Positions 27,045 through 41,075 are shown, numbered from the stretch's first letter. The stretch is DNA of 64,000 nt from Lingula anatina (GCA_051362555.1 CM120645.1:7998001-8062000), one strand, 5' to 3'. Numbers and translations are program-made. The notes: generated by a model from the letters alone, not told the origin.

Positions 27045-27611
27045 CGTTTTTTCAGTAAGAGAATAAGCTCAATGGGATTGAATGACACAGAACCTCCTCC
27101 AGCAAAAATGGTGCAATTGCAGAAAGCTATACGCTTCCATGCTAGTCAATTTATACAGGAAAATTTAATGGGGCTCACTCCCCTCCCAACCCAAGAACAA
27201 TTGGTGCAGCTCCAGGCCAAACGAAAAGCCGAAATACAACGAAAAATAATGCTCGAGAGACAGGCCACGATGGAACGCCAAGAAAAAGAAAAAAGAGCCA
27301 GGGAAGAGAAGGAACGAAAGCAACAGGAAGAAATAAAGAGACATCAGAGAAAATCGTCCAATGATGTCATCCGAGTGAGGTCACCGTCTAGAGGTCATCA
27401 GGTGCCGAATAAGGGGTGGATGCCCCCTGACCAGAGCAAGGCCATTGCGGCTACTCCCGATGATGACCCCATGGTGCAACAGATGAACAACATCAAACAT
27501 TACATCAAACAGGCGAAGGATGCTCAGAAGTGGGATGAAGTCCACATGCTGGAAGAAAATTTAAAGATGCTCCAGAGTGAATTTTGGAGGCAGTCTGGGT
27601 TTCAAAATTGA
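23259..27611 (+). CDS. RBSN: Rabenosyn-5 (C2H2 finger, FYVE domain, Rab-binding helices), 8 coding exons, 511 aa
   Basis: Exons 23259-23394, 24178-24342, 24547-24690, 25091-25252, 25526-25740, 26137-26207, 26633-26719, 27056-27611. Motifs: EGFLCPICVKDL..LQQHFEDEH, RIDRYVVETNKLIIRLDKL, FYVE WAPD..RRHHCRLCG..RICWEC, C-terminal DPMVQQMNNIKHYIKQAK..DEVHMLEENL. Confidence 0.96.
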
Positions 27612-27820
27612 TTTGTTTAAAACCGCTATTTGTAGTTGCTATGATCATGGTAAAATGTTGACTTATTGGGTGCATTTACATTCAGTTTGGGTCCAATTTG
27701 AATTCTCGAGGCAGTCTGGGTTTCAATATTGATTTGTTTGGAACCGCCAGCTATTTGTATTTGCTATGATCATGGTAAAATATTGACTTATTGGGCGAAT
27801 TTACAGTTAATTTGGGTCCA
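27587..27820 (+). repeat. Tandem duplication (~121-bp period) spanning the RBSN stop codon
   Basis: GAGGCAGTCTGGGTTTCAA.ATTGATTTGTTT...GCTATGATCATGGTAAAAT.TTGACTTATTGGG...TTTGGGTCCA occurs at 27587 and 27708. Confidence 0.85.
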
Positions 27821-30800
27821 CCCTTATTGGTCTCACACGTCTCCATGATTATCCCAAGCTCACCATAGCCAGCAAATGTAATCATTCTGTAGAGATGGCA
27901 TGCACCAAGAAGAGTCGTAACAACTTGCCTGTAAATCCACCTATGAAGCCCCCCCCCCCTTCCCCCTCAATGTGGCCAACATTTTGGCCAAGTGAATGTG
28001 CTCTGGATCAAAAATGGCAAACCCTCCTAGCCTTTTAGACTTCTCAGCCATGTCTCAGCAATGGAATCCCCAGCTTACATCAAAAGTTGTTCTGTCAGTG
28101 TTGTACTGTTTTGTGTTAATTAGATTTGCTCACAAGTACTTGAAGAGGCTCATTCATGAATTTGCTTCATTGATAATAATGGTGGTTTGTAATTTTAATG
28201 ATTTATTCATCTAACTACCAGTAACTCATTATATATCAGTGAAAATTGATATGTTAATATGTTTTATTGAAGGCCACAATATTTATTCATGTCTTCAAAT
28301 GTTCACTAACAGCCCTGTTGCTGTTTTGTTGGTTGCTATACAATGATGCTAAAAATAAACAGACATGGTTTATTACCGGAAAAGTTTCATATACGTATTT
28401 TCTTCTTACAGAAATAATGATCATATCAGAACTTACATAGTAACTTATTTAATTCCTTATGTTCAGATAAGAAATGAGGTGAATTTTTTTAATACAATGT
28501 TTTCCCTTGTTTTGATATCTTTGTTTTCAATCCTTTATCCGTAATTCAATATGTTTCTCTTTTGTTAAAGTATGTGACAGACTTAAACAAGGAAACAAAA
28601 CTGTTGTATGTGGTTTCAACCAGACGTGGATCCTATTGTGTAAGGAAACTGTTCTTAGCCCGACATTTTAATGTTAAAATCAGTCATGGAAGTATCACCT
28701 TAATATTGGTATATACTACCAGTTGACTCAATCTTTTGTTAGCATTTAATTACACTGTTAACTTTACATCATTGCAATATAGTGAAAGGTGCTGTTGGAT
28801 CATGGGAACATAAAATGCCCAAAAAAGAAAAAAATCTAAAATATCTGATAATTATAATTTCAATTTGAATCTGTTGTAAAAATATAGTTTATTTGTGCAA
28901 ATTGGCTTCCAAATTCAAGTTGTTATGATGTTATGCCTCTCCAATTTCATAAAAATGTTGATTGCACATTGTAGCAATTATAGAATTGTTTTGAAAATAT
29001 AGCATTTAATTTTTTTGTTTTGGCCATTTTACTGCATAAGTGAAAGTTTCAATGGGGCAACACTTATAACTTAAAAGTTGCTGGTGAAAATTTGAAAAGC
29101 AAGATCTTCATTAGACTCTAGATATAAAAGAATACAATTTCAGGCACAGCCGTAGTATACCTCATAAGGGTGTCAATTTTTTGATGTAGAAAATCCCGAG
29201 TCAGTTGCAGCGGCTATCAACTAACATTAACTTTAAGCAGTTATGTAAAGTTACATTATTAATGGCAAGCTCTGTGGTCAGTGTACAATGCTACTGGTCA
29301 TCAACATGTTTTCATGTTATATGTATTACAATTGTACAAGCTGTTGGACCTTTGCAGTCCTTACTAATAAACTACTGTATATCACCATCACTGTTCAGTC
29401 TCAATTATTGATATTGCTGTATAGCAATGAGCTGTTTTTATTTTGAACATTTTGTCGTAGGAGAGTTTAAGAACAGGATTTAACTTGAACTGACTGTCAT
29501 AGCATAGTTGACAATAGAGTTCACAAAAAGACTTGCTGGGGTGGAGGCCAGTTTTACAGAATTACTTGTCAAATGTTGACCGTCACTCTACCAACCCCCA
29601 GCCCAAATTAATAATAAATTCATGTCTTTTGTATGACCTTAGAGACATTAATACTAGTCAAAATGACTGATCTGTTGTAAAAATGTAAGAAAGTACATTT
29701 CTAAATTTTTTTTGGACACGTTGCACATTTCTTCTGGGTTGACAAAGTAAACCAAACCAAAGATAGATCAGCTTTCCACTGGAGTTCCATTGTAAAATTG
29801 AGCCCCAGGCCATCTCGTAGCATTAAAACAAACCCACGTTTTAAGAAGTATTGCTTTTATTGTTATCATAAACACAAAAAACTGTCTTATCAGATGTTTG
29901 CCTATCACATATCTGAGCAATTAGTTTTGTAGAAATTCACGTAGTTAGCCTAAGTAACACAGAAGCAGGTATTTTAAATAATGTTAAAGCAACTATTTGA
30001 GCAATTAAAGTTATATATTGCTTGAAAAGCTTGAAGCATGTTTCTGGAATGCATATTGGTGTCATCTTATATTCAAAATTTGATATTTGCTTTGAATATT
30101 TCAACAATAACAGCAGTATTTGTTGTTTAAATAAAATATAACATCAAATATGTAACACCTCTTTGATTATGATAGGTATAAATTAACTTTGAATTAAATA
30201 ACAATTCGAAATTTGATATGAAAATGATAAAACCACCTATTGAACCTGAATTTCATTGTTAACTTCCATAACAAACATGTATCATAGTATACTACATAAA
30301 CAAAAGGATAGCATCCTTAAAACTTGGTATCAAAAAGTACACTAATGGCAAAATTGCATTGAAGTGAAGTACACATAAACCCTCCACTAGTGGCCATCTG
30401 ATTAAGTGAAGCTCACCTAAAGAAGAAATGGTTGATACTGAAAATGGCAGATGTATCTTCAATGTAATTTTCTTATACCTTACCTTACAACTTTCTGTTT
30501 ACGTTTTTCATTAATCAAAATATTCAAGGTGAACAACTTTGAATGAACAGTTTTAACTTTTTTTTTTGGAAAATATAAGTCAGCTGCAAAATAACTAATC
30601 TATCCTCTCCATCTGCATAATTCTACAATCAAAAGTTATGATGAGGAAAAGAACATACTGAGATATGTGAAACTTTTCACATAGAAATTCTGTAGATATT
30701 GTGGAACTTCCACCATACCACCAGCAGCAGTAGGCTTAAAAAAAAACAAATGGAAATCTTTTGTAAAGCTTGCTATTTTACCCTGATATGAATAAATATA

Positions 30801-30839
30801 GGAACACAATAATTTTTCTATCCTATATGCAGTCCCAGA

Positions 30840-32211
30840 TCACAATTCGTCTTTTGATTGAGCGTTATCTCCACTTCCATACTTTGCCCTCCGCGCTCTG
30901 ACAAAGTCTGGGTGGTTTTTGATATATGCCGCTGCCTCCTGAATCTTCCGCATAAACTCCTCAACATCGAAAGAATAGTTTGTGAATTTGGCATGAGCAC
31001 CAAGCTGGGGATGGTGACCCTGTGGTATTCAATGTTCATTATCAGTAATGGGCCCCATTCAGAATAGGGAACTAACTAGTCCGAGGGTCAAATATGGCCC
31101 ACCCCCTTGAATACTTCCCCATGAGATATCTATTCAGTGTTTATTAGCAGATTTGATGGCAAGCTTTGTAGTTGGTCGCTATATTTGACCCTCGGACTAG
31201 TTAGTCCCCTTTTCTGAATTGGCCCATAGCGACTTTACAGTACTAATATTCAATATATTTATTATCAAAATTCTAACTCTTTATACAGTCTTCGAAATTT
31301 TTAAATTCAAATCTGAAACCGAAACTCATAATTTTTAACAACAAATGTTACTGTTTTGCATTTACCTCGTCCTCCTGAACAAGTTTGTCCTGTTTCTCCC
31401 ATGTCATGTACTTAATGCCACGTAGCCTGGCCAGATCATAGTAGCATCCACTGTCCTCACAATTGTAGCTAGTTGAAACAAAATACAGAACCAAGGTCAT
31501 TTTTTAATATGTGTGAAACGGACAGTCCTCTCTGTGCTGTTAAGTGGTTCTTGTTGACAGCACTATTTTAACTCTGTCAGTAAAGTATTGTGAGACTGAC
31601 AAAAACCAAGACCTATCCTTTCAGCTTTCTTTTCTTTTTTCAATATTCCTCTGTTGTTTTTCGATCTCAATGCTCAAGTCAAGTTTAAGCATAAAAACTG
31701 CTTTTATTATATTCTAAAAGGCATTTTTGTACATCTAAAAAAATCTGGCAGTACATGCCATACAGGTGCTATCAATTGATCTTGACCAATTACCAATGCA
31801 ATACAATAATGCTGAAAATGAGTAGAGCTAATGACTTTAAAAGGCATAGTCATTTCAGTTGTTTCCCAAAGGAGTCTTGATACTTATCCAAAGGCATACA
31901 TCTTTCTGATACCTCATCTGTTCCACAAAACTTACATTTCAAATATCACGCCCCAGTCTGGCTGGAACAGCATGTGCGTGAGCCCCGCACCATGCATTCC
32001 AATAAATATGTCACTGTTATGGGTAACCTGGAATTAGATTTTTTTAAACCTGAATATATACTCATTCCAAGTAATCTTAGTTCTTGATCAAAATGCTGAT
32101 TGTGTCATATGAAAATCTGGGCATTTTATTTATAATTCAAATGATAGTTTAGACTCTTTTTAAATATCTCAATGTTTCATTCCTGCTAATTGAAATATGT
32201 GTTGCAAGTGC

Positions 32212-32257
<46 letters not shown>

Positions 32258-35200
32258 ATAAATTTTCGTACCTGAAGCTGATCTAGAAATGGGGTTTCTT
32301 TGTACTTGAAATCCACTTTCTTCACTTCAAATTCACCCACAGTTTTTAAAGCTTTAATAAGCTAAAACACAAAAAGGGAACTATATGAAATCACAGCAAG
32401 CATTAGGAGGCACCCTAACTTTAAAATTAATATAATTTCATGCAATGTGTACACATCCATTTAATAAAATTATTGTGGGAGACTTTTTTTAATATATGGC
32501 AACATACCTCATCTTCATTAAGTATCTTTCTATATTTGGTACTCCTTGATAGCAATGTTATCCTTATCTTGTTTTCCTGAAATTACATATTCAGTAAAAT
32601 CTAATTCAATAAGATGATTGATTTTTTGGCATTAACATCCATCAGGTACAGATGCACCAGACACCCAACTGCTTAGACACTTTTATTCCCCCCCCCCCCC
32701 CACACACACACACACACATGCATAAAGCATGGTACATATTTTCAATTTTTATACTATTTTTTGGTTATTTGCTATTGTATTGTATTGTATGTGAATAAGC
32801 TGATGTATATATTAAGCCAACTTACCACTGGTCCATGTTGGACTATTTTGAGCCTGTGAAGCACATGTTGGGAAAAAGCCCTAAACATGCTGCTTCTTTC
32901 ACAACCAGGAATCTGCAAATATTAGTATTAAATAACTTATTAAACCAGTCTGCAATGCGAAGTCAGTCAATTTGAAGCTAAGCCAGTTCAATTTAATAAA
33001 TTTATTCAGTGTACTGTCGGCATTCCTGCTATGGGTCAATAAGTTCTTAGATTCATGGTGTCTTAATGTGGTAGGCTAAAACGTTTTTTGTCACATGTAA
33101 ATTCAATATTTACTTCATCTTTCAGAATCAGAGAAAACAAAAAGATGTGACATAAGAGGTTTGGGTACAGAATTTCAAAACTGATTCTTCAATGATTAGC
33201 AGTTATAGTACTTACAATTGGGGTATTATAAAACAACCCGTATCTCATTCGTGGAAGGAGAGAAAATATGGCATCCTTAATACAAAGCTAGAAATGAACA
33301 ATTAAATGAATAAAAGTAAATCAAAATTATTCTTCTTTAAATAAATTAATTGTCTTTCAAAAATACATTGGTGTATATTAGTCTCTAAAGATACAGGATG
33401 AAATACCTTATATATTTCTTTCTTAGGGAAGTAAATATGCAACTTAATCTTTGTTCAGGGGACAAAAGAATGGTTTATGTGTACTGTATATTACAATTGA
33501 ACATTATACAATAATATAATTAAAAGGATATTATACTTAATTTATTCAAGAAAATCCTTACTCATAAAGTATTTCATAAAATACAATGTAATTAGGCTTT
33601 GTGAAGGATACGGAGAATATCTCATTGACACAATTAACAAATTAAATAATATGTATAAATAACCCTCTCTAACAAGTTATAAGAATTGTATATTTTCAAA
33701 AATATATACATACAATAATGATAAATAAAATTAAAATAAGTGTTTCACAATTTGCTGAAAGGGAGTTAGCAGTTGGCATGAAAACTCAACGTGCATGATC
33801 ATTCCAGGCATAAAACTGTATTGTCTACAATCCACATGCATTCCAGATTTACCACCTTTCGCCTAAAATTGTTAACAAACCACCCAGGTTTCAATAACAA
33901 GCTATCAATGTAAGGTTGTGGTCAGTCAAGCTTTATATTTTCTATCCCTCACCCAGGAGAAATGAAATATCAACTGAACATAAAAATGGAGGTACTACTA
34001 TCTGTGCTTCTGCAACTATAATAAATAAAAATCAAATATTAGTAAAAAAAAATCAGTCTGAGGGAACGGTGTAGGGGTCATACCCTTTTCCCATTAAAAT
34101 CATTGCCCAGTTGTAAAACTGGAGCAAACTGCGTGCGTTGCTGGTCCGTGAAAACTGGCCACACCTCCATCAGCAAATCTGCATACCTATAGTAGCTCTG
34201 GAAGAAGCATTTATAATGTGTTTGGATTCAATTTGTCATGAAATAAATGGCCAAAAACACATCTGTGCCCCACAGATCAGCCGTTCAACATTGCTTTGGG
34301 TGATTTCAAGGTGTTCATATGTTTGAGGATAAGGGGAAAGCTTCAGAGCAATAGCCAAGCACAAGGTGTCTTAGCTGAGCATTAAAAATTATAAATTATG
34401 GATTCTGATATATCTGCACAGCCACCAATATAAATGCCAGATAGTTGTAATCTTTGGACAGCTATTCTGTGGGACCACATAAGATGATGTGCTAATGGGC
34501 AGGAGACATCATTACTACCTACCTTTTTACCATTGTACTGATTCAATGGAATAAAAGGCTGATTTTTGTTTGAGGTGAAAGCTTGCCATGTTTCTACAAA
34601 CAAATCACCATACCCCATATAACTCTGAAATGAAGTGACTGTACTGAAGGAAACTGAAATTTATGCAGTTATATTCTAATTTCTTTCACCAAAATTGTGC
34701 TCACACAGAATTTAAAACTTCAAGTTTTTTTAAAATATTCTGTTTGTCATAAGTCTTAAAGTAATTGCCAGTTTTATACTTATGGGAAAAAATAAATCAA
34801 TTGTCTTCTTACATTTGCTGATTTTTTATTCTTTAAAAAATTAAGAAATTATGGACAGAAGGTCTGTCACAATTATCCATTTCATTTTCAGCAATTTGGA
34901 CAAATGCAATTTGCAAAAAAATTGAAATATTTCTAAAAAGATTGTCTTTAAGTTAACTATCTATTTGATAGATCTATTATAGGTGATATCAAAAAGCACT
35001 TTAAATTTACAAAATATAAATGGTGTGGAATTACAAAAGGAAATGTGGTTACTTGACATAATTATAAATATCAGTAATTTTCATGAACTATTAATTTCAA
35101 AAACCTGGTTTATTCCTAATACAATAATTAATAAAACAGTTTTTTATATTTACTCACAAAACTACCTTCTGACTCAAACTAAACTTATTTGGCAGAATTA

Positions 35201-37050
35201 TCTAATCAAATAGTACAAGGAGACATCAGATTGTTTTTTGTAAATACCATTAATTCCAAGTTGGAATTTCCTACTGTACAAATTAAATGAGAAATTACCG
35301 TACAGGCAGAGCCATACTTACTGTATCCCACATAATAATGTTAACATCAGTGTCAAAACTGTTGTTCATGTGCTGCGACATGTAAAGGTTGAAAAAATCA
35401 CAGAAGTGGTGGTACATATTTACACCTGAGCAAAACAAACAACATATATATTCACAAAAAGCCATCAACTAAGCACAAACGCATCATCCACAAATAGGCA
35501 TGATCATCAAATGGTGTGAAGAGCATTCACAACTAGTTGATTCGCAGGCAAACCGATCCACGGATCAAATAAGGCCAACCCACTTGAAAGCTTGTTGCAA
35601 AATCCCCTACTACACACTGAACAGATTCCCTGCAGAGATCACACGGCAAGCTTTAAAGTGGGTCGGCCATATTTGATTTGCAGATCAACTTTGGTTACGA
35701 ATGATATACGTGGTTTGTATCTTGTTCACTTTTCAAATAAAGCAATTATTAAAAGCTTTCTGTATTGAACCATCTGACTGAACTGCACATTTATCCCGAG
35801 TTGTAGCAGTCCAAAACTTTGGTGTAAAAGTTAAGACCAACTCTCCATCTAATTTTCTTTTGTAAAACAGGATATAAGAAATCATGTACATGACCTACCC
35901 GCATCTAACTTCATGAAATACGTAGGTTTCTTTAAAACCACGTCACATTTTTTATCCTTGATGGGTCTGAAATTCAGTTGTGAATACTCTTCCAACTCTG
36001 CATACCTGAAAAAGATCAGATGCTTATAAGTATCTAAATTCCAACATTTTTCAAAACTGATTTTAATTATTTACATTTATTCTTTTTTTTTTCTATTGAG
36101 ATGTTTGTTAGCCTAGACATAAAGTAACTACTCATTATATTCACATTTTGTCTGAAGGCTTTAAATAAACTGCAAATGTCTTACTGTTTTTTATTTCATT
36201 TTTTTTTATTTCCATCATTATCATTGTCTTTATTTCAAATTATGGCCTGTCCTTTAACAAATACTGCATGGAGAAATATGGGAATTGCTAGAAAAACTGT
36301 ATTTTTAATTACCAAGATTGTAGTGGACTTTTGTGCTCAGACTGTTCCCTCAAAAGCTTTTTATTCAGTTTGCAGTGTCCCCCAATTTCACCCTGCTTAA
36401 ACACAGATTCGCGAAACCTGGAAAAAGCCAAACAAACAAATTCTATGAGTTATCCACACTTTTTAAGTATATACTTATTATTTAATTGCTGAAAAAAATA
36501 TTAATTCTTATGCTCTATTTTTTAAACCATAATAATTGAAAGTCATTTTCAGCACTTAATGGCAATTTTACATATTATTCATAAAATTAGTGTTCTTAAA
36601 TGTTGTTGTTTAATTTTCTATAATTGTAAATGTCTGCTACCTGTCAGTGTGCGCCTTGCTATTGAGATTTCTCAGGTCAATATAGATGTCAGTGGCCCTG
36701 CAGTACCTGGTGAAACTAGAACACCGTAGCGAAGAATCTCCCTGAAAAGTAAGAAAAAATCCTACCATTACAGTATTGAGTATTCTTAACATTTCAGTGA
36801 TTACACTCCTTGGATTTTCAAGGTAAAGGCATAATAACAATATTACGTCCCCCACCGCCCCCCACCCCCCGAAAAAAAAAAAAAGCATATTCCTATGCCC
36901 ATGTATCATTTGAATGCTCCCACTTATTATTAAAAAGCTGAATTCTCTTTGGTATCAATAAACAGAGTTTAATATTATTAATTTCAGGCTTGATTGTAAA
37001 ATATCAAAATATCAAGTGATAAAAAAATAAGTCTTTGCAAGTGAATTGAA

Positions 37051-37087
<37 letters not shown>

Positions 37088-39030
37088 CAAAAATTGACAA
37101 AATGTGAAGAAAAATGCTCTTGTACATACCTTCTTTTGTGGTTCGCACAATGTTTTCATTTCATCTAGTCTTTCCTTAACATAACCAAAATCTGCCTGCT
37201 TCCAGAAATTACTCAGTTGGTCTTCTTTTCGACGTATCCTTAAAATACATATATGTTTAAAATCAATTATGTTTCTTGAAACTATTAAATGAAACAAGCA
37301 CAGAAAATATGTCAGTCAAATACTACTTTCCACAGGCAGCTACTATACACCAAGTATTTATTCAAGTTTTTGCAACATTACTAAATCTAATTTTATATTC
37401 ATTACTTTCCTTTCCCAAGCACTGTACAAGTAACATCTTGATGAAAATGTGAAAAACTGGACAGTCTAAACTTATGTTTTTTTGGATCAAATAACTAATC
37501 ACTTGCCAATCCAACATTTAACTTTTTCTTTGTTTTCTGCTGAGGTCAATTCTCTTTATTAGTTAAGAAAAATACAGTAACTATATATGGCAACAGTTCT
37601 CTTTATTGCCAGTAAAATGGGCACTTGACCGTCTCATTATTTTTTGTTGGAGTAAATCTTTTTAACCAAAAATACTGGCATCACGATTCACGCTCCTAGC
37701 CACCATATTTTCATTAACAGACTACTGGGCAGTAAAATGACCATTGGACTGACCATCCAGGTGCCTCTCCTGGACACTCCGGGTTGGACATCCTCTCTGT
37801 CTCTGGACACGACTTCTCATATCCCCAACATTGCTTCACCCCCAGTAGATCCTGGAATGACAAGCCATGTTGCAGAAACAGATTGAATTAGTGAATGCAT
37901 AATGAGAAACCAAATGGCTCACTGGATGGATTAAGAATTAGAATTACGAACAGAAAGTAAGAAAAAAAGAAAGAAAGAATCATTCAAGCAATTAATCATT
38001 CAAGCAAAGGGTTCAATGTGTAAATAAATGAATGAGTAATAAAATGAACCAATAAGGGAGAAAATGAATAAATACATGAATGAATGAATGAGTTATGAAC
38101 AAAACACTAACCAATGTATACAAAAGGAATCCTAATTCAAACTCTAAGTATATACACTTTTTACACTAACATACTGGCTACATGCATCTATTTTTTATTC
38201 AACTCACGAAGAAATATTTTTGCATATTACCTACATTTACCTACAGCAAATCTACCAGCATGACTGAATAGTGCGAAAAACATTAATTTGAATACTCATA
38301 TTGAATAATTAGCATACATTTTTATAAAATCTGAGTTTACTGTTAGTTGTCCAAGTTCCTTAGGCTGCACTTACAACAAAGGACTGACTAGTCCATAGAT
38401 CTATCAAATATAGTCAATAGATAATTTACTATGGTGGAATATCCTGAATATCCTGTACAGCATTTTAAATGTTTTATTTATAATCACCATTTTAAGGTTA
38501 ATCTGATGAAAAATAATTAAAAATAATACAGTAAAACTTTAATCAAAATAACTACAGATAGCCCGAGAGTGATGTAAATATCTCATTCTTTGTATATTGT
38601 ATTGCATGTCCAATATAAATTCTTGGCATGAACTACAGGATGAAATTACTTGAAGTTTAACCAAATGGCTGAATAATTTTATCCCAATCAGAATTAAATT
38701 CATGATAAATTTGTGAGAAAGCAAAATGTTTAATATTTTCATATACACATTTCCGATTTTCCCTGCAATTCGTTTTAATTAACTTTAAGTAAGCTAGAAA
38801 AATGAGATCAACAAACTTATTAAAAATAAAACAAGCTATAATACCTTGTAAGGGCAACCTTCATCCTTGCTGCACTGTTCACCGAGTTTTGGATTGTTTC
38901 TAAAATAATACGGAATGTGTTCCTCTGGCAGATTTAGCCGACTCCAAGTGTCTTTTGTTGTCTGGGAAACTGTTGTCCGGGAAACTATTGTCATGACAAC
39001 AAAGACAAAGAGGAACAGCTGCACTCCCAT
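30840..39030 (-). CDS. EOGT: EGF domain-specific O-GlcNAc transferase (GT61), 15 coding exons plus one alternative, 534 aa with exon 8A
   Basis: Exons 39030-38845, 37851-37754, 37238-37130, 36741-36641, 36417-36313, 36005-35899, 35425-35322, 34624-34523 (or 34197-34084), 33287-33216, 32912-32826, 32576-32508, 32361-32272, 32027-31936, 31468-31366, 31019-30840. Signal peptide plus motifs [75 protein letters not shown], and C-terminal KDEL. Confidence 0.97.
31048..31227. mobile_element. Fold-back MITE in the last EOGT intron
   Basis: ~50-bp TIRs ATGGGCC.CATTCAGAA.AGGG.ACTAACTAGTCCGAGGGTCAAATAT / ATATTTGACCCTCGGACTAGTTAGTCCCCTTTTCTGAATTGGCCCAT. Confidence 0.8.
34084..34197 (-). CDS. EOGT: EOGT alternative exon 8B (paralog of exon 8A, 34523-34624)
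   Basis: cttcttccag|AGC TAC TAT AGG TAT GCA GAT TTG...AAT GGG AAA AGG|gtatga; 114 nt, open, phase 0-0. [17 protein letters not shown]...FNGKR aligns with [17 protein letters not shown]...YNGKK. Confidence 0.8.
35520..35705. mobile_element. Degenerate copy of the 12677-12886 MITE in an EOGT intron
   Basis: Shares GGCCAACCCACTT-GAAGCTTG...AATCCCCTA..A.ACACTGAA.AGATTC and AAGTGGGT-GGCCATATTTGAT..AGATCAACTTTGGTT. Confidence 0.65.
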
Positions 39031-41075
39031 GTCTGAAAATAATTTTTAGAATGACCTTCAAATTGAAACAAAATTAACTGCTGTCATGACAATTATGACA
39101 ACAAAGAACAGCTGCATTCCTATATCGGAAAATAGTTTTAGAAATGATCTTAGAATAAACAAAAAAGTACACTGACTGAAATAATATATTCCAGGTTAAT
39201 AAGTATAAGAAAGGACTTCAGTACTCGCGATGTCTGCACCTAATTCTATAGTATGCCTTAGTCAGTCTGAAAAAGAGCTTATGTAATCGCCCTGTCTGAA
39301 CCTTACTCTATAATTCATCTAAGACAGGCTAAGGAGGGCCTTATGTATGCTCATCAAACATACTTAATGCTACAAGGGCAGACAGAATTCATACTCTAGA
39401 TCTTCTAGAAGGCGGTCTGAATTTTTCAAGTTTACATTGATGGGCATCTACCATAATTTTTTTCTGTCAGAAGACAGTCAAAAATGGAGGATGGATCAAC
39501 AAAGTTCATTTGAAAGGCTGTCAGAAAATATCTTGGGACCCACCAGGCACCCCTGTACTACTGTAATAAATCTGAGTTAGTGAACCTCTAACAACCACAA
39601 ATGAAAGTTATAAATAACAAGTAAATAAGAAAAAAAAATTCCTACTTAAAAGAGTAAACAATCCCACATCATATACTAGTATGGAAAACATTCACCACAG
39701 TACATAATATTCAAGGCCTGTTAATGTTATAGCAAAAATTTTGACTCTTTTTTTTTATAAAATGGCAAGGGCTAGATTTTAATTCGAGTGAAAAGTTGAT
39801 TTATATATTTATAATTAATAATTCAGATTTCATTTAGGAATCTTTAAATATGAAAACCACACAGAGGGCTTAATACTCTATTTCATCATGTTAACATATG
39901 CAGATCAGGCTCACGCCCCTTGGTAAAAGGGTGGACAGAGTTAGTGAAAGGCAGACAGAGCTTTTGTTATGCTCTACTGTAATGCAAAATATAAAACAAA
40001 AAAACAAAATTGGAATAGTACATACAAAAGTTTGCTTCACAGCAGGGAGGAGCCAAATGATAAATGCTTTGCCTCCTTCACATTTCCTTGTGGATAAACT
40101 GTATAGAGTCTAATCAATTATACAAAATTAGTATTTTAACAGGCAAAAGATCGTGGTTAGTTTATTTTATAAATATTTTAATTACCATCACTAGTATTCA
40201 CATCTTCATCATTTTTATCATTTTTAGTTCTTAACTACTTGTCTTTACTTTTTAAAACTTTCCAATTTCTGGCAAACCTTGAGTGTGAATGTCTCCCAGC
40301 TTAATGTGACTTGCCTACAGCCTCGGCTTTTATAGTTATAACTTGCATGTGACTTTGGTACCTCAATCAGAGCAGGAGATTTATAGCTGGCTTGGGTAAT
40401 AACCATATACATTATGAAACCATTTTCACTTAATTTCTATAAATCACTGCAGCTCTGTAGATTAAATAAGCATTTAACTCCCTTTTTTATGAGATAGATT
40501 TTTAAATTACTTGTATGTTGCATGTGCCAACAGCTGGGAAACCACTTTATGTTACTGTGCTAATTCATGCTAACAACATTAAATTTCACGGTCCTGCTCT
40601 GTGTCTTACCAAGCCAAAATCTACCCACGAAGCACCTACCATATAGCCTGACTTCATCAAATACATTTGCCAATGCACTTTAAACACTTTGGTGGATTGT
40701 TGAATTTCTGAACAATATTAATATACAAATGGGAAGTGTCAATATTGACAAAGACCAAAGCATAATTAACAGTAACTCAATGGTCCTTTCCAAGCTAGTG
40801 CTTCAATTGGAGAATTAACAGTAAAATACACCCTCTAATACCGCTCTGATCTCAATTTAAAAAATATACGTAGGCCGTTAACATATTGTTTGTTCCACTT
40901 TCAATTGGCATTGGGCTCTGTGAAAGTGGTAAGGCGAAATGTAACCCAGGGTTTTCATATAACTTCTCACCACTTACATCAATTTCAACACAGTTATTTT
41001 AAACTTTTAACTATGTGTAAAGGGTAGCAAAAATGCGGCATAACTACGCAAACAAATACTGTGCGTGCATCTTAC

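Noticed and set aside
33850-33980. Possible third copy of EOGT exon 8
   Set aside because: No open frame with the SY..Y.DL..W..FT pattern between plausible splice sites.
40894-40929. Hairpin CCACTTTCA..TGAAAGTGG as a miRNA
   Set aside because: The stem is only ~9 bp and I recognise no mature miRNA sequence.
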